64,000 nt of DNA from Bacteroidales bacterium UBA1714 (GTDB taxonomy: Bacteria; Bacteroidota; Bacteroidia; Bacteroidales; Paludibacteraceae): the NCBI GenBank assembly GCA_002317295.1, contig DCIY01000030.1, positions 2,640 to 66,639 of the forward strand, given 5' to 3'. The notes beneath the pieces are model-generated. The model saw nothing but the letters and a program-made list of their open reading frames with translations. It searched no databases and had not been told where the DNA came from. Below are positions 55,450 to 63,121 of this stretch, piece after piece; position 1 is the stretch's first letter, and the number at the start of each line of letters is the position of its first letter. The position numbers and the translations under genes were made by a program.

Positions 55450-56539
55450 GAAAAAAATCCTTTCCTTGCTCCTCGTACTGGTTGGTTCGATGAGTATGAT
55501 GGCAGAAACGATTCCTGCCGACGACCCACGCGTCGTGTTTATCGGTCGCACTCAGGTGCTTGACCATAGTGTTCGTTTTGACTGGTCTGCTACCTATTTG
55601 CGTGTGGCCTTTACGGGTAAAGAGTTGCGCATGAGGGTGAGTGATACGGGTCGAAACCTGTTTAACCTCATCATCGATCGTCCCTTGTCGGCCGAACCTG
55701 ATCAGGTAGTCATCACTCACGGTCAGGACTCTGTGATCACCTTGTTTGCCGGTAAGAAAGGCAATCATACCATCATCCTGCAAAAACGCAACGAAGGAGA
55801 ACAGGGAATAACAACCATTCTTGGGTTTGAAACCGATGGCGTGTTCACACAGGCTGAGAAACTCAAAGACCGTCAGATTGAGATTTTGGGTGACAGTTAT
55901 ACCTGCGGCTATGGTACGGAGAACAGTGGTCGGCGCGATCCGTTCAAACCGGAGACCGAGAGTGCACCTAAGTCTTATGGTGGCATTTTGGCCCGCTATT
56001 TTGATGCGGACTATATCCAAATCGCTCACTCGGGCATGGGTATTGCTCGTAACTATAACACGAAGTTCCCCAATTGGTACATGCCGGATCGCTATATGCA
56101 GATTTTTGATATGGATTCGACCCAAGCCAATCGTTGGTCCATCACCATGTCGGAGTTCCGTCCGGATATCACGATTATCTTCTTGGGAGCCAATGACTTC
56201 TCGTGCAAACTGCAACCTTCGTACGAAGACTATAAACAGCACTATTATCAGCTTATTCGCGAAATCAAGGCTAACTATGGTGAGGATCATCCTATCTTGT
56301 GTTGCACCAAGAAAGGTGCGGATGCGTTGTTCGCTTATGTACAACGCTTGATTATTGAGAGTGAATTTACGAATGTGTATTATGTAGGTTTGTTTGAGGC
56401 TTTGTTCCACAACGATGATCGCGATTTGGGAGCCAGCTTCCATCCTAATTATGTGGCTCACCAAAAAGTGGCACATGTTTTGGCTCCGTATGTGGGCACC
56501 ATCACCAATTGGGAATTACAGGACAAGCCGATTAAGTAA
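55448..56539 (+). CDS. SGNH/GDSL hydrolase (carbohydrate esterase-like) with N-terminal beta-sandwich domain
   Basis: Signal peptide. Block I ILGDSYTCGYG, block III FLGANDF, C-terminal His region SFHPNYVAHQ. Architecture resembles CE2-type acetyl esterases. Confidence 0.7.
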   Translation: MKKILSLLLVLVGSMSMMAETIPADDPRVVFIGRTQVLDHSVRFDWSATYLRVAFTGKELRMRVSDTGRNLFNLIIDRPLSAEPDQVVITHGQDSVITLFAGKKGNHTIILQKRNEGEQGITTILGFETDGVFTQAEKLKDRQIEILGDSYTCGYGTENSGRRDPFKPETESAPKSYGGILARYFDADYIQIAHSGMGIARNYNTKFPNWYMPDRYMQIFDMDSTQANRWSITMSEFRPDITIIFLGANDFSCKLQPSYEDYKQHYYQLIREIKANYGEDHPILCCTKKGADALFAYVQRLIIESEFTNVYYVGLFEALFHNDDRDLGASFHPNYVAHQKVAHVLAPYVGTITNWELQDKPIK

Positions 56540-56548
56540 CTAAGACGA

Positions 56549-56556
56549 TATTTTTG
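56549..56556 (+). promoter_or_regulatory. -7-like box TATTTTTG, 4 nt upstream of the DAACS transporter ATG (no TTTG at -33)
   Basis: gaTATTTTTGcaccATG. The expected -33 position (56525-56528) reads aagc. Confidence 0.35.
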
Positions 56557-56560
56557 CACC

Positions 56561-57730
56561 ATGAAACGTATTAAACTTCCTTTATTGGTTAAAGTCCTGA
56601 TTGCTATCGGACTGGGTATCCTGATTGGTACATGGTCTCCGGACTGGTTTGTTCGTGCCATGAATACCTTTAATGGTATCTTCAGCCAGTTCCTTTCGTT
56701 TATGGTGCCTCTGATTATCGTGGGACTGATTGTTCCTGCGATAGCGGATTTGGGTTCCAAAGCCACCTGGTTGCTGCTGTTGACTGTGGGTATAGCCTAT
56801 GCCTCCACCGTATTGGCGGGTATATTTGGTTTTGAAGTGGCTGATGCCATTTTTCCGCGCCTGTTGCACAACAATATGATGACGGCCGACCCTGCTACCA
56901 CACCCTCATTTCCGGCTTTCTTTGAATTGGCTATTCCGCCTCTGCTGGATGTGATGACGGCTTTGGTGGTGTCTGTGTTATTGGGATTGGGTATTGCGTT
57001 GATGCATGCTACCGCACTTAAAAATTGCTTTGACGAGTTTTGTGGCATCATGACCAAGGCCATTGAGCGCGCACTGATTCCGCTACTGCCCATTTATATC
57101 TTTGGTATGTTCCTTAACATGCGTGCAGTGGGTAGTGTAGGCAGTATGATGGTCATCTTTGGCAAACTGATAGGTATCATTCTGGCCATGACTTTGGTCG
57201 TATTGATTTTACAATACTGCATTGCCGGCATCGTCACGCGCCGCAATCCGTTCCGGTTGCTGTGGAATATGTTACCCGCATACGCTACGGCATTGGGCAC
57301 TTCCTCGTCGGCGGCTACTATTCCGGTGACTCTGAGACAAACGCTCAAAAACGGAGTCAGTGAGGAGGTCGCCGGATTTACCGTTCCGCTGTGTGCTACC
57401 ATTCATATGAGTGGTTCGATTGTCAAGATTACCACATGTGCCATGGCCATTATGCTGACTCAGGGAATGGGGTATACTACGCCGATGATGATTGGCTTCA
57501 TTTTTATGCTGGCTGTTACGATGGTAGCCGCTCCGGGAGTTCCGGGAGGTTGTATCATGGCCGCATTGGGTATATTGCATTCGATGCTTGGTTTCTCGCC
57601 TGAACAACAGGCGCTGATGATTACACTCTATATCACCATGGACTCGTTTGGTACGGCCTGCAATGTCACCGGAGACGGCGCCATCGCCCTGATTATTGAC
57701 CGTATTTCAGCTAAACAGAAAAAAAATTGA
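56561..57730 (+). CDS. Dicarboxylate/amino acid:cation symporter (DAACS family, SstT-like)
   Basis: 389-aa polytopic protein. Conserved re-entrant loop regions LGTSSSAATIPVT and VAAPGVPGG are typical of the glutamate-transporter fold. Confidence 0.8.
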   Translation: MKRIKLPLLVKVLIAIGLGILIGTWSPDWFVRAMNTFNGIFSQFLSFMVPLIIVGLIVPAIADLGSKATWLLLLTVGIAYASTVLAGIFGFEVADAIFPRLLHNNMMTADPATTPSFPAFFELAIPPLLDVMTALVVSVLLGLGIALMHATALKNCFDEFCGIMTKAIERALIPLLPIYIFGMFLNMRAVGSVGSMMVIFGKLIGIILAMTLVVLILQYCIAGIVTRRNPFRLLWNMLPAYATALGTSSSAATIPVTLRQTLKNGVSEEVAGFTVPLCATIHMSGSIVKITTCAMAIMLTQGMGYTTPMMIGFIFMLAVTMVAAPGVPGGCIMAALGILHSMLGFSPEQQALMITLYITMDSFGTACNVTGDGAIALIIDRISAKQKKN

Positions 57731-57737
57731 AGATAAA

Positions 57738-57769
57738 TTTGCACAGGTCAAAAAAAAGTGCTAATTTTG
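57738..57769 (+). promoter_or_regulatory. Promoter: TTTG-N20-TAATTTTG (rubrerythrin)
   Basis: TTTG at 57738-57741, A8 tract, TAATTTTG at 57762-57769. Confidence 0.7.
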
Positions 57770-57842
57770 CATCAGTTTTAGAATGAGTCTAAAATTATTC
57801 ATGTTTAACCGAACTTTGTGTTCACAAAAAATCAATAACATT

Positions 57843-58382
57843 ATGGCTAATAAGTATGCCGGTACCCAGACCGAGAAAAATCTGGAAATCGCTTTTGCTG
57901 GTGAAAGCCAGGCGCGTAACAAGTACACTTTCTTTGCAAGTAAGGCAAAAAAAGAGGGTTTTGAACAAATCAGCGCTATCTTTACCGAGACCGCAGGTAA
58001 TGAGAAAGAGCATGCTGAACTGTGGTACAAAGAGCTCCATCAGATTGGTTCTACCGCCGATTGTCTGAAGGCTGCTGCCGATGGTGAGAACTATGAATGG
58101 ACAGATATGTATGCCGGATTTGCTGACACGGCCGAGAAAGAAGGTTTCCCGGAATTGGCTGCCAAGTTCCGTGCCGTAGCGGCTATCGAGAAACATCATG
58201 AAGAGCGTTATCGTGCCTTGCTCGAGAATGTGGAAATGAAGAAGGTGTTTGAAAAGAGCGAAGTCAAGGTTTGGAAGTGCCGTAACTGCGGTCATATCAT
58301 GGTGGGAACCAAGGCTCCCGAAGAGTGCCCCGTTTGCGCTCATCCGCAAGCCTATTTCGAACTCAACGCCGAGAATTATTAA
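57843..58382 (+). CDS. rbr: Rubrerythrin
   Basis: Di-iron four-helix motifs [35 protein letters not shown]-terminal rubredoxin-like CRNCGH...CPVCAHP. ATG at 57843 gives the canonical N-terminus. Confidence 0.92.
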   Translation: MANKYAGTQTEKNLEIAFAGESQARNKYTFFASKAKKEGFEQISAIFTETAGNEKEHAELWYKELHQIGSTADCLKAAADGENYEWTDMYAGFADTAEKEGFPELAAKFRAVAAIEKHHEERYRALLENVEMKKVFEKSEVKVWKCRNCGHIMVGTKAPEECPVCAHPQAYFELNAENY

Positions 58383-58387
58383 GCTTA

Positions 58388-58406
58388 GCGGAAAGTGAGG
58401 GATTCG
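58388..58406 (-). repeat. 19-nt exact duplicate of the tRNA-Ser 3' end (acceptor 3' strand plus T-arm)
   Basis: gcggaaagtgagggattcg at 58388-58406 is identical to 58553-58571. Similarity continues for about 6 more nt (4 of 6 match). No matching tRNA 5' half. Confidence 0.85.
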
Positions 58407-58447
58407 GACTCCGCCTTGCCTATCGGCAATTCCCCCGAAAGCCCTAA

Positions 58448-58479
58448 GCCTTGCAAGGAGCGTCCTTGCAAGGCTTTTT
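58448..58479 (+). terminator. Rho-independent terminator after rubrerythrin
   Basis: Perfect 11-bp stem gccttgcaagg / ccttgcaaggc, loop agcgt, T5 tail. Confidence 0.8.
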
Positions 58480-58493
58480 CGTACATACCGAAC

Positions 58494-58522
58494 AAAAAAA
58501 AACAAGATGCAAGCACCTTGTT
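58494..58522 (-). terminator. Terminator downstream of tRNA-Ser (minus strand)
   Basis: Minus strand reads aacaag-gtgcttgcat-cttgtt followed by a T8-9 run. Confidence 0.6.
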
Positions 58523-58553
58523 TCTCTTGTTCGGTATATCCGAACTTCCCTTG

Positions 58554-58642
58554 CGGAAAGTGAGGGATTCGAACCCCCGGTACGACGTAATGCGTACACC
58601 ACATTTCGAGTGTGGCTCTTTCGACCACTCAGACAACTTTCC
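58554..58642 (-). tRNA. tRNA-Ser (anticodon CGA)
   Basis: Reverse complement folds as a class II tRNA. Acceptor GGAAAGT/ACTTTCC, anticodon stem CCACA/TGTGG with loop CTCGAAA (anticodon CGA). Long variable arm GTACG...CGTAC. T-arm GGGGG-TTCGAAT-CCCTC. Discriminator G. CCA is not encoded. Confidence 0.9.
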
Positions 58643-58716
58643 CCGGTCGTTGCTTTTTAAAAGCGACTGCAAAAGTACAACAATTTTTTGGAATGTGCAA
58701 GAATTCGACTAAAAAA

Positions 58717-58748
58717 ATTGCATATCTGATAAATTTTGCGTACTTTTG
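58717..58748 (+). promoter_or_regulatory. Promoter: ATTG-N20-TACTTTTG (ABC-F ATPase)
   Basis: TTG at 58718-58720, TACTTTTG at 58741-58748, followed by cacgctaaatt. ATG is 18 nt downstream. Confidence 0.6.
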
Positions 58749-58766
58749 CACGCTAAATTGTTCAAT

Positions 58767-60458
58767 ATGGCTGCATTGACACCTTATTTGTTGGTTGAAG
58801 ACCTGACCAAATCAGTTGGTTCCAAATTGCTTTTTGAGCATATCTCTTTTGCGGTCAACAAAGGAGAGCATATCGCATTGATTGCTCGCAACGGCATTGG
58901 CAAATCGACCTTATTGGATATCCTAATGGGCCGAACGGATTACGATAGTGGCAAAATAACCTACCGCAACGATCTCAAGATTGCCTATCTTCCCCAAGTC
59001 ATCGATTATCCTGCAGAACTGGCTACATGGAGTGGGGGACAAAAGAAAAAACGCATGCTCGAGCGCGTGCTCGGGTGCGAAGAAGGCCAATGGGAAACAA
59101 ACATACCGGATTTGGTCATTTTGGACGAACCGACCAACCATTTGGATTTGGGTACGGTGCAGTGGCTGGAAGAATATCTGCGAAAATCGCAGATTACCCT
59201 GCTGATGGTCACGCACGATCGGTATTTTTTAGACCGCGTGTGCACGGATATACTCGAACTCGATCAGCATGGCCTCTATGCCTATCATGGCAATTATTCC
59301 TACTATCTGGAGAAACGCGCGGAACGCATCGATGCCCAAAATGCCGAAACGGCCAAGTTTCGCAATCTCTACCGAACGGAACTGGACTGGATGCGACGCA
59401 TGCCTCAGGCACGGGCGCATAAGGCGCAATACCGCATTGATAATTTCTACGAGATAGAACGCAAAGCGCATCGTAATATAGAGGAAACGGATGTCAAACT
59501 GCAAGTGCAATCCTCGTATATCGGCAACAAGATCTTTGAGGCAAAATCGGTTTCCAAAGCGTTTGATACACGCGTCATTTTAGACCAATTCAGTTATGTC
59601 TTTTCCCGCTATGAAAAATTGGGTATCGTGGGCAATAACGGCACCGGCAAATCGACTTTTATCAAACTGCTGTTGGGCGAATTGTCTCCCGACAGTGGGC
59701 ATTTTGATATCGGTACGACGGTGCGCTTTGGTTACTACCGCCAAACGGGATTGGATTTTGCGCCGGGCAAGAAAGTGATTGATATCGTGCGGGATATAGC
59801 GGAAACGATAGACCTTGGCAATGGCGATAAACTCACGGCAGGTCAGTTCTTGCAGCACTTTCTGTTTTCCCCCTCTCAGCAATATGACTATGTGGAGAAA
59901 CTCAGCGGAGGCGAGCGCCAACGACTGCACTTGTGTATGGTGCTGATGCGCAATCCCAATTTTCTCATTTTGGACGAACCGACCAACGATTTGGATATTC
60001 CCACATTGCAGGTATTGGAGGAGTATCTGCGCCAGTTCCGTGGGTGTCTGATTGTGGTGAGCCACGACCGCTATTTCATGGACAAAGTGGTCGACCATCT
60101 TTTTGTCTTCCATGGACAGGGACAGATAGATGATTTTCCCGGCAATTATACCCAATACCGCCAATCGCAGTTGGCCGCTGCTCCTGCAACGGATGGGGTT
60201 GGCAAATCGGAACCTGCCAAACCAAAAGCGCAGCCTCAAGAACGGGCCAGACGATTGAGTTTTAAGGAAAAACAGGAGTTGGCTGCCTTGGAAGAGCAAA
60301 TGCCTTTGCTGGAAAAAGAAAAAGCCGAACTCGAGGCTCAGCTTTCCGGTTTATTATCTTCTCCCGATGCGATAGCATCTGCCAGTGCCCGTTACCGCGA
60401 AGTGCAGGAAGAATTGGACACTTGTGAGCTGCGTTGGTTGGAACTCAGCGAAATTTAG
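58767..60458 (+). CDS. ABC-F family ATPase (two ABC domains, no TM domain)
   Basis: Walker A ARNGIGKST and GNNGTGKST. Signature LSGGERQRLHL. Charged C-terminal coiled coil. ATG at 58767 is 18 nt downstream of the -7 box. Confidence 0.88.
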   Translation: MAALTPYLLVEDLTKSVGSKLLFEHISFAVNKGEHIALIARNGIGKSTLLDILMGRTDYDSGKITYRNDLKIAYLPQVIDYPAELATWSGGQKKKRMLERVLGCEEGQWETNIPDLVILDEPTNHLDLGTVQWLEEYLRKSQITLLMVTHDRYFLDRVCTDILELDQHGLYAYHGNYSYYLEKRAERIDAQNAETAKFRNLYRTELDWMRRMPQARAHKAQYRIDNFYEIERKAHRNIEETDVKLQVQSSYIGNKIFEAKSVSKAFDTRVILDQFSYVFSRYEKLGIVGNNGTGKSTFIKLLLGELSPDSGHFDIGTTVRFGYYRQTGLDFAPGKKVIDIVRDIAETIDLGNGDKLTAGQFLQHFLFSPSQQYDYVEKLSGGERQRLHLCMVLMRNPNFLILDEPTNDLDIPTLQVLEEYLRQFRGCLIVVSHDRYFMDKVVDHLFVFHGQGQIDDFPGNYTQYRQSQLAAAPATDGVGKSEPAKPKAQPQERARRLSFKEKQELAALEEQMPLLEKEKAELEAQLSGLLSSPDAIASASARYREVQEELDTCELRWLELSEI

Positions 60459-61465
60459 TTTGCGCTCTGAATCGTATCTTGGGGCAATTGCAAGGTGTAT
60501 AAGATAGCTTCTGCCTGGCGCAGCGCATTGCGTTTGCGTTGACCGGCGGCATAGATAAACACTTCTGCCGTAACGATTTGTCCATGTACTTCGTCCACAC
60601 GGGTGTGACTGACATACGGACCGCCCATCGCTTCTCCGCCTTGCATTTTCCACAGTCCGCGAACTTCCCCCGCATACTGATGGTTCTGGACACTCAATGC
60701 CCGCATTTGTGGCGGGAAAACCTTGTACTCCGTTCCCATATAACTGCCCGGTACACTGGCCGAAATCTTGGGCCCCAACACTTCGTCCCGTTTGGCACAT
60801 AAATAGGGCAGGGTAAAGGTATTGGGGTCGGTATAGGGGTATTTGTACACAATCAAATCGCGCCGCATGGGTCCTTTGTTATTGCAGCACCAGACAAAAT
60901 CCGTGGTATCCTTAATCAGCATATAGTCCTGTGGAATCCACATGTCCACCCCAATGGTTGCCTGGAGCGCTTGGCGTGCCTGCTTATTCGTGCTGGCTTT
61001 TAAGAAACCATCCTGGCGACGAATCTCCTCCCTCACAAACCACTCGCGTACCTGTTCACCATGGTCCATCCACCAGACCAGCATCGAATCCACACAAGGG
61101 GCCTGAATTCTGCAGTACGCTTGTGGCGTAGACCATTGGTCGCGAATATACTTGGCCTGAGTGTGGGTATAGCGTTCCGCGCTGATGTCTGCCATCAGTA
61201 TGTTGCGGGTGGATTTGAGAAAATCGTCAAACACGCTGTTGCTCACATGGGTGAGATTAAAATAAGGTTCCATCTGGGGCAAACACGGCATATCGGCCCC
61301 CATCACCACTTCGATATCGGCATAGACCGTTTTGGGACAAACCACCAGACATTCATAGATGGAACCCGTGGCGGATACTTTGGTTGTACCTGCCGATTGG
61401 CGACAACCTGTTAAACACGCAACAGCCGAAATGGCCATTGTCGCTACCAATAAAATTCGTTTCAT
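60455..61465 (-). CDS. DUF4837-like lipoprotein
   Basis: Lipoprotein signal MKRILLVATMAISAVACLTGC. 336 aa. Pattern resembles the conserved Bacteroidetes DUF4837 family. Stop overlaps the ABC-F stop (convergent). Confidence 0.6.
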   Translation of the reverse strand: MKRILLVATMAISAVACLTGCRQSAGTTKVSATGSIYECLVVCPKTVYADIEVVMGADMPCLPQMEPYFNLTHVSNSVFDDFLKSTRNILMADISAERYTHTQAKYIRDQWSTPQAYCRIQAPCVDSMLVWWMDHGEQVREWFVREEIRRQDGFLKASTNKQARQALQATIGVDMWIPQDYMLIKDTTDFVWCCNNKGPMRRDLIVYKYPYTDPNTFTLPYLCAKRDEVLGPKISASVPGSYMGTEYKVFPPQMRALSVQNHQYAGEVRGLWKMQGGEAMGGPYVSHTRVDEVHGQIVTAEVFIYAAGQRKRNALRQAEAILYTLQLPQDTIQSAN

Positions 61466-61469
61466 GCTG

Positions 61470-61501
61470 CAAAATTACAAAATTATTTGCATATGTGCAA
61501 A
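61470..61501 (-). promoter_or_regulatory. Promoter (minus strand): TTTG-N20-TAATTTTG, 4 nt upstream of the DUF4837 ATG
   Basis: Plus-strand caaaatta at 61470-61477 (tandem second copy at 61478-61485) and caaa at 61498-61501. The minus strand reads TAATTTTGcagcATG. Confidence 0.55.
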
Positions 61502-61517
61502 TTTATTACTAACTTTG
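61486..61517 (+). promoter_or_regulatory. Promoter: TTTG-N20-TAACTTTG (nitroreductase / pdxA / alaS)
   Basis: TTTG at 61486-61489, TAACTTTG at 61510-61517, followed by cagccaaatt. Overlaps the divergent minus-strand promoter. Confidence 0.65.
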
Positions 61518-61543
61518 CAGCCAAATTGTAAATTTGGCCCAAT

Positions 61544-62056
61544 ATGGAAAATTTTGAACAACTATGTCAGCAGCGCCGTTCGATTCGGAAATACCAAAAT
61601 CGGGAGGTGGAGCAGGAAAAAATAGATACCATTTTGCGTTGCGCCCTCATGAGCCCATCGTCCAAGCGGAGTAATCCGTGGGAGTTTGTGGTGATTCGGG
61701 AAGAACAGGTGTTGCGTCAGTTATCCGCCTGCCGCACCTATGGCAGTGGAATGTTTGATACGGCGATGGCAGCGATTGTGATTGCCCTGCATGCGGACAT
61801 AACCGACACCTGGCAATGTGATGGTGCCATTGCCGCACAAAATATCCTGCTGGCGGCGCAAGACCAGGGTTTGGGCGCCTGTTGGTGCCAAGTGTACCAG
61901 CGTGAAGGAGCTCAGGAACTGATTCACTCGCTCACCAATCTGCCGCAGGATCTCACCGTGTTATGTGTTATTTCCCTGGGCTATAAGGATGAGGAACGAA
62001 AAAACTACGATCCGTCCAAACTGCTGTATGAGAAAGTACATTGGGAAAAATTTTGA
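61544..62056 (+). CDS. Nitroreductase-family protein
   Basis: RRSIRKY FMN-binding N-terminal motif and the GACWCQVY / ISLGY blocks. 170 aa. Confidence 0.8.
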   Translation: MENFEQLCQQRRSIRKYQNREVEQEKIDTILRCALMSPSSKRSNPWEFVVIREEQVLRQLSACRTYGSGMFDTAMAAIVIALHADITDTWQCDGAIAAQNILLAAQDQGLGACWCQVYQREGAQELIHSLTNLPQDLTVLCVISLGYKDEERKNYDPSKLLYEKVHWEKF

Positions 62057-62065
62057 ATTAAGCAT

Positions 62066-63121
62066 ATGAAACCTATTATTGCAATTACCGCTGGCGATAT
62101 CAACGGCGTCGGTTATGAAATTCTGTTAAAAGGCATTGCAGATCCGCATATCTGTGAGATTTGTCGTCCGATTGTGTACGGCAATGCCAAAATTGCTCGT
62201 CAGCATGCGATGACACTGGACGAGGAATACCATAATATTCAGTTTAATATCATCTCTTCGCCCAAGGAGGCCAAAGATGGTCGACTCAATCTGATTACCT
62301 GTTATGAGGACAATACGCCCTTGCAAATCGGCCATTCCACGCCACAGGCGGGTAAGGCATCGTTTGCTTCCCTGTCTCGTGCCTGTCAGGATATGAAGAA
62401 TGGGTTGGTGGACGCTTTGGTGACGGCTCCTATCAGTAAGGAGAATATTCAGTCCGAGCAGTTCACATTCTCGGGCCATACGGAATATCTCAGTTCGGTG
62501 TTTGGTGGCGAGAGTCTGATGATGATGGTCAGTGAACCTATGCGCATAGCGCTGGTGTGCAATCACACGCCGATTGCCAAGATTCCACAAATGATTACCA
62601 AGGACCGCATTGTCAAGAAATTACAAATTCTCAATGCCACCCTTCAGCGAGATTTTACCATTCGTCGTCCGCGTATTGCCGTGCTGGCACTCAATCCACA
62701 TGCAGGGGATAACGGCCTCATAGGTAAGGAGGAACAGGAGATTATTGCGCCTGCCATAGAAGAAGCCAATAACCAGCAGATTCTGGCTTTTGGTCCCTAC
62801 AGTGCGGACGGATTTTTTGGTGCAGGCAAGTATGTGCACTTTGATGCCGTATTGGCTATGTACCACGACCAGGGGCTGATTCCGTTCAAGTCGTTGGATA
62901 TGAATGGTGTCAATTTTACCGCAGGTCTTCCCATTGTTCGCACTTCGCCCGACCATGGTACAGCCTATGATTTGGCAGGTAAGAACCAGGCCAATCCGAT
63001 TTCGTTTGCCCATGCCCTGTACATGGCCATTGATATTTTGCACACACGCCAGCAAAACGATGAAATCAATGCCAATCCGCTTATTATCGAACCTAAAGAA
63101 AATAAACATAATGACCAGTAA
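62066..63121 (+). CDS. pdxA: 4-hydroxythreonine-4-phosphate dehydrogenase
   Basis: [39 protein letters not shown] signature blocks. Confidence 0.92.
   Translation: MKPIIAITAGDINGVGYEILLKGIADPHICEICRPIVYGNAKIARQHAMTLDEEYHNIQFNIISSPKEAKDGRLNLITCYEDNTPLQIGHSTPQAGKASFASLSRACQDMKNGLVDALVTAPISKENIQSEQFTFSGHTEYLSSVFGGESLMMMVSEPMRIALVCNHTPIAKIPQMITKDRIVKKLQILNATLQRDFTIRRPRIAVLALNPHAGDNGLIGKEEQEIIAPAIEEANNQQILAFGPYSADGFFGAGKYVHFDAVLAMYHDQGLIPFKSLDMNGVNFTAGLPIVRTSPDHGTAYDLAGKNQANPISFAHALYMAIDILHTRQQNDEINANPLIIEPKENKHNDQ

Noticed and set aside
58385-58712. ORFs of 69-105 aa on both strands across 58385-58712
   Set aside because: They overlap the tRNA-Ser gene, its duplicated fragment and two terminator hairpins, so coding is implausible.
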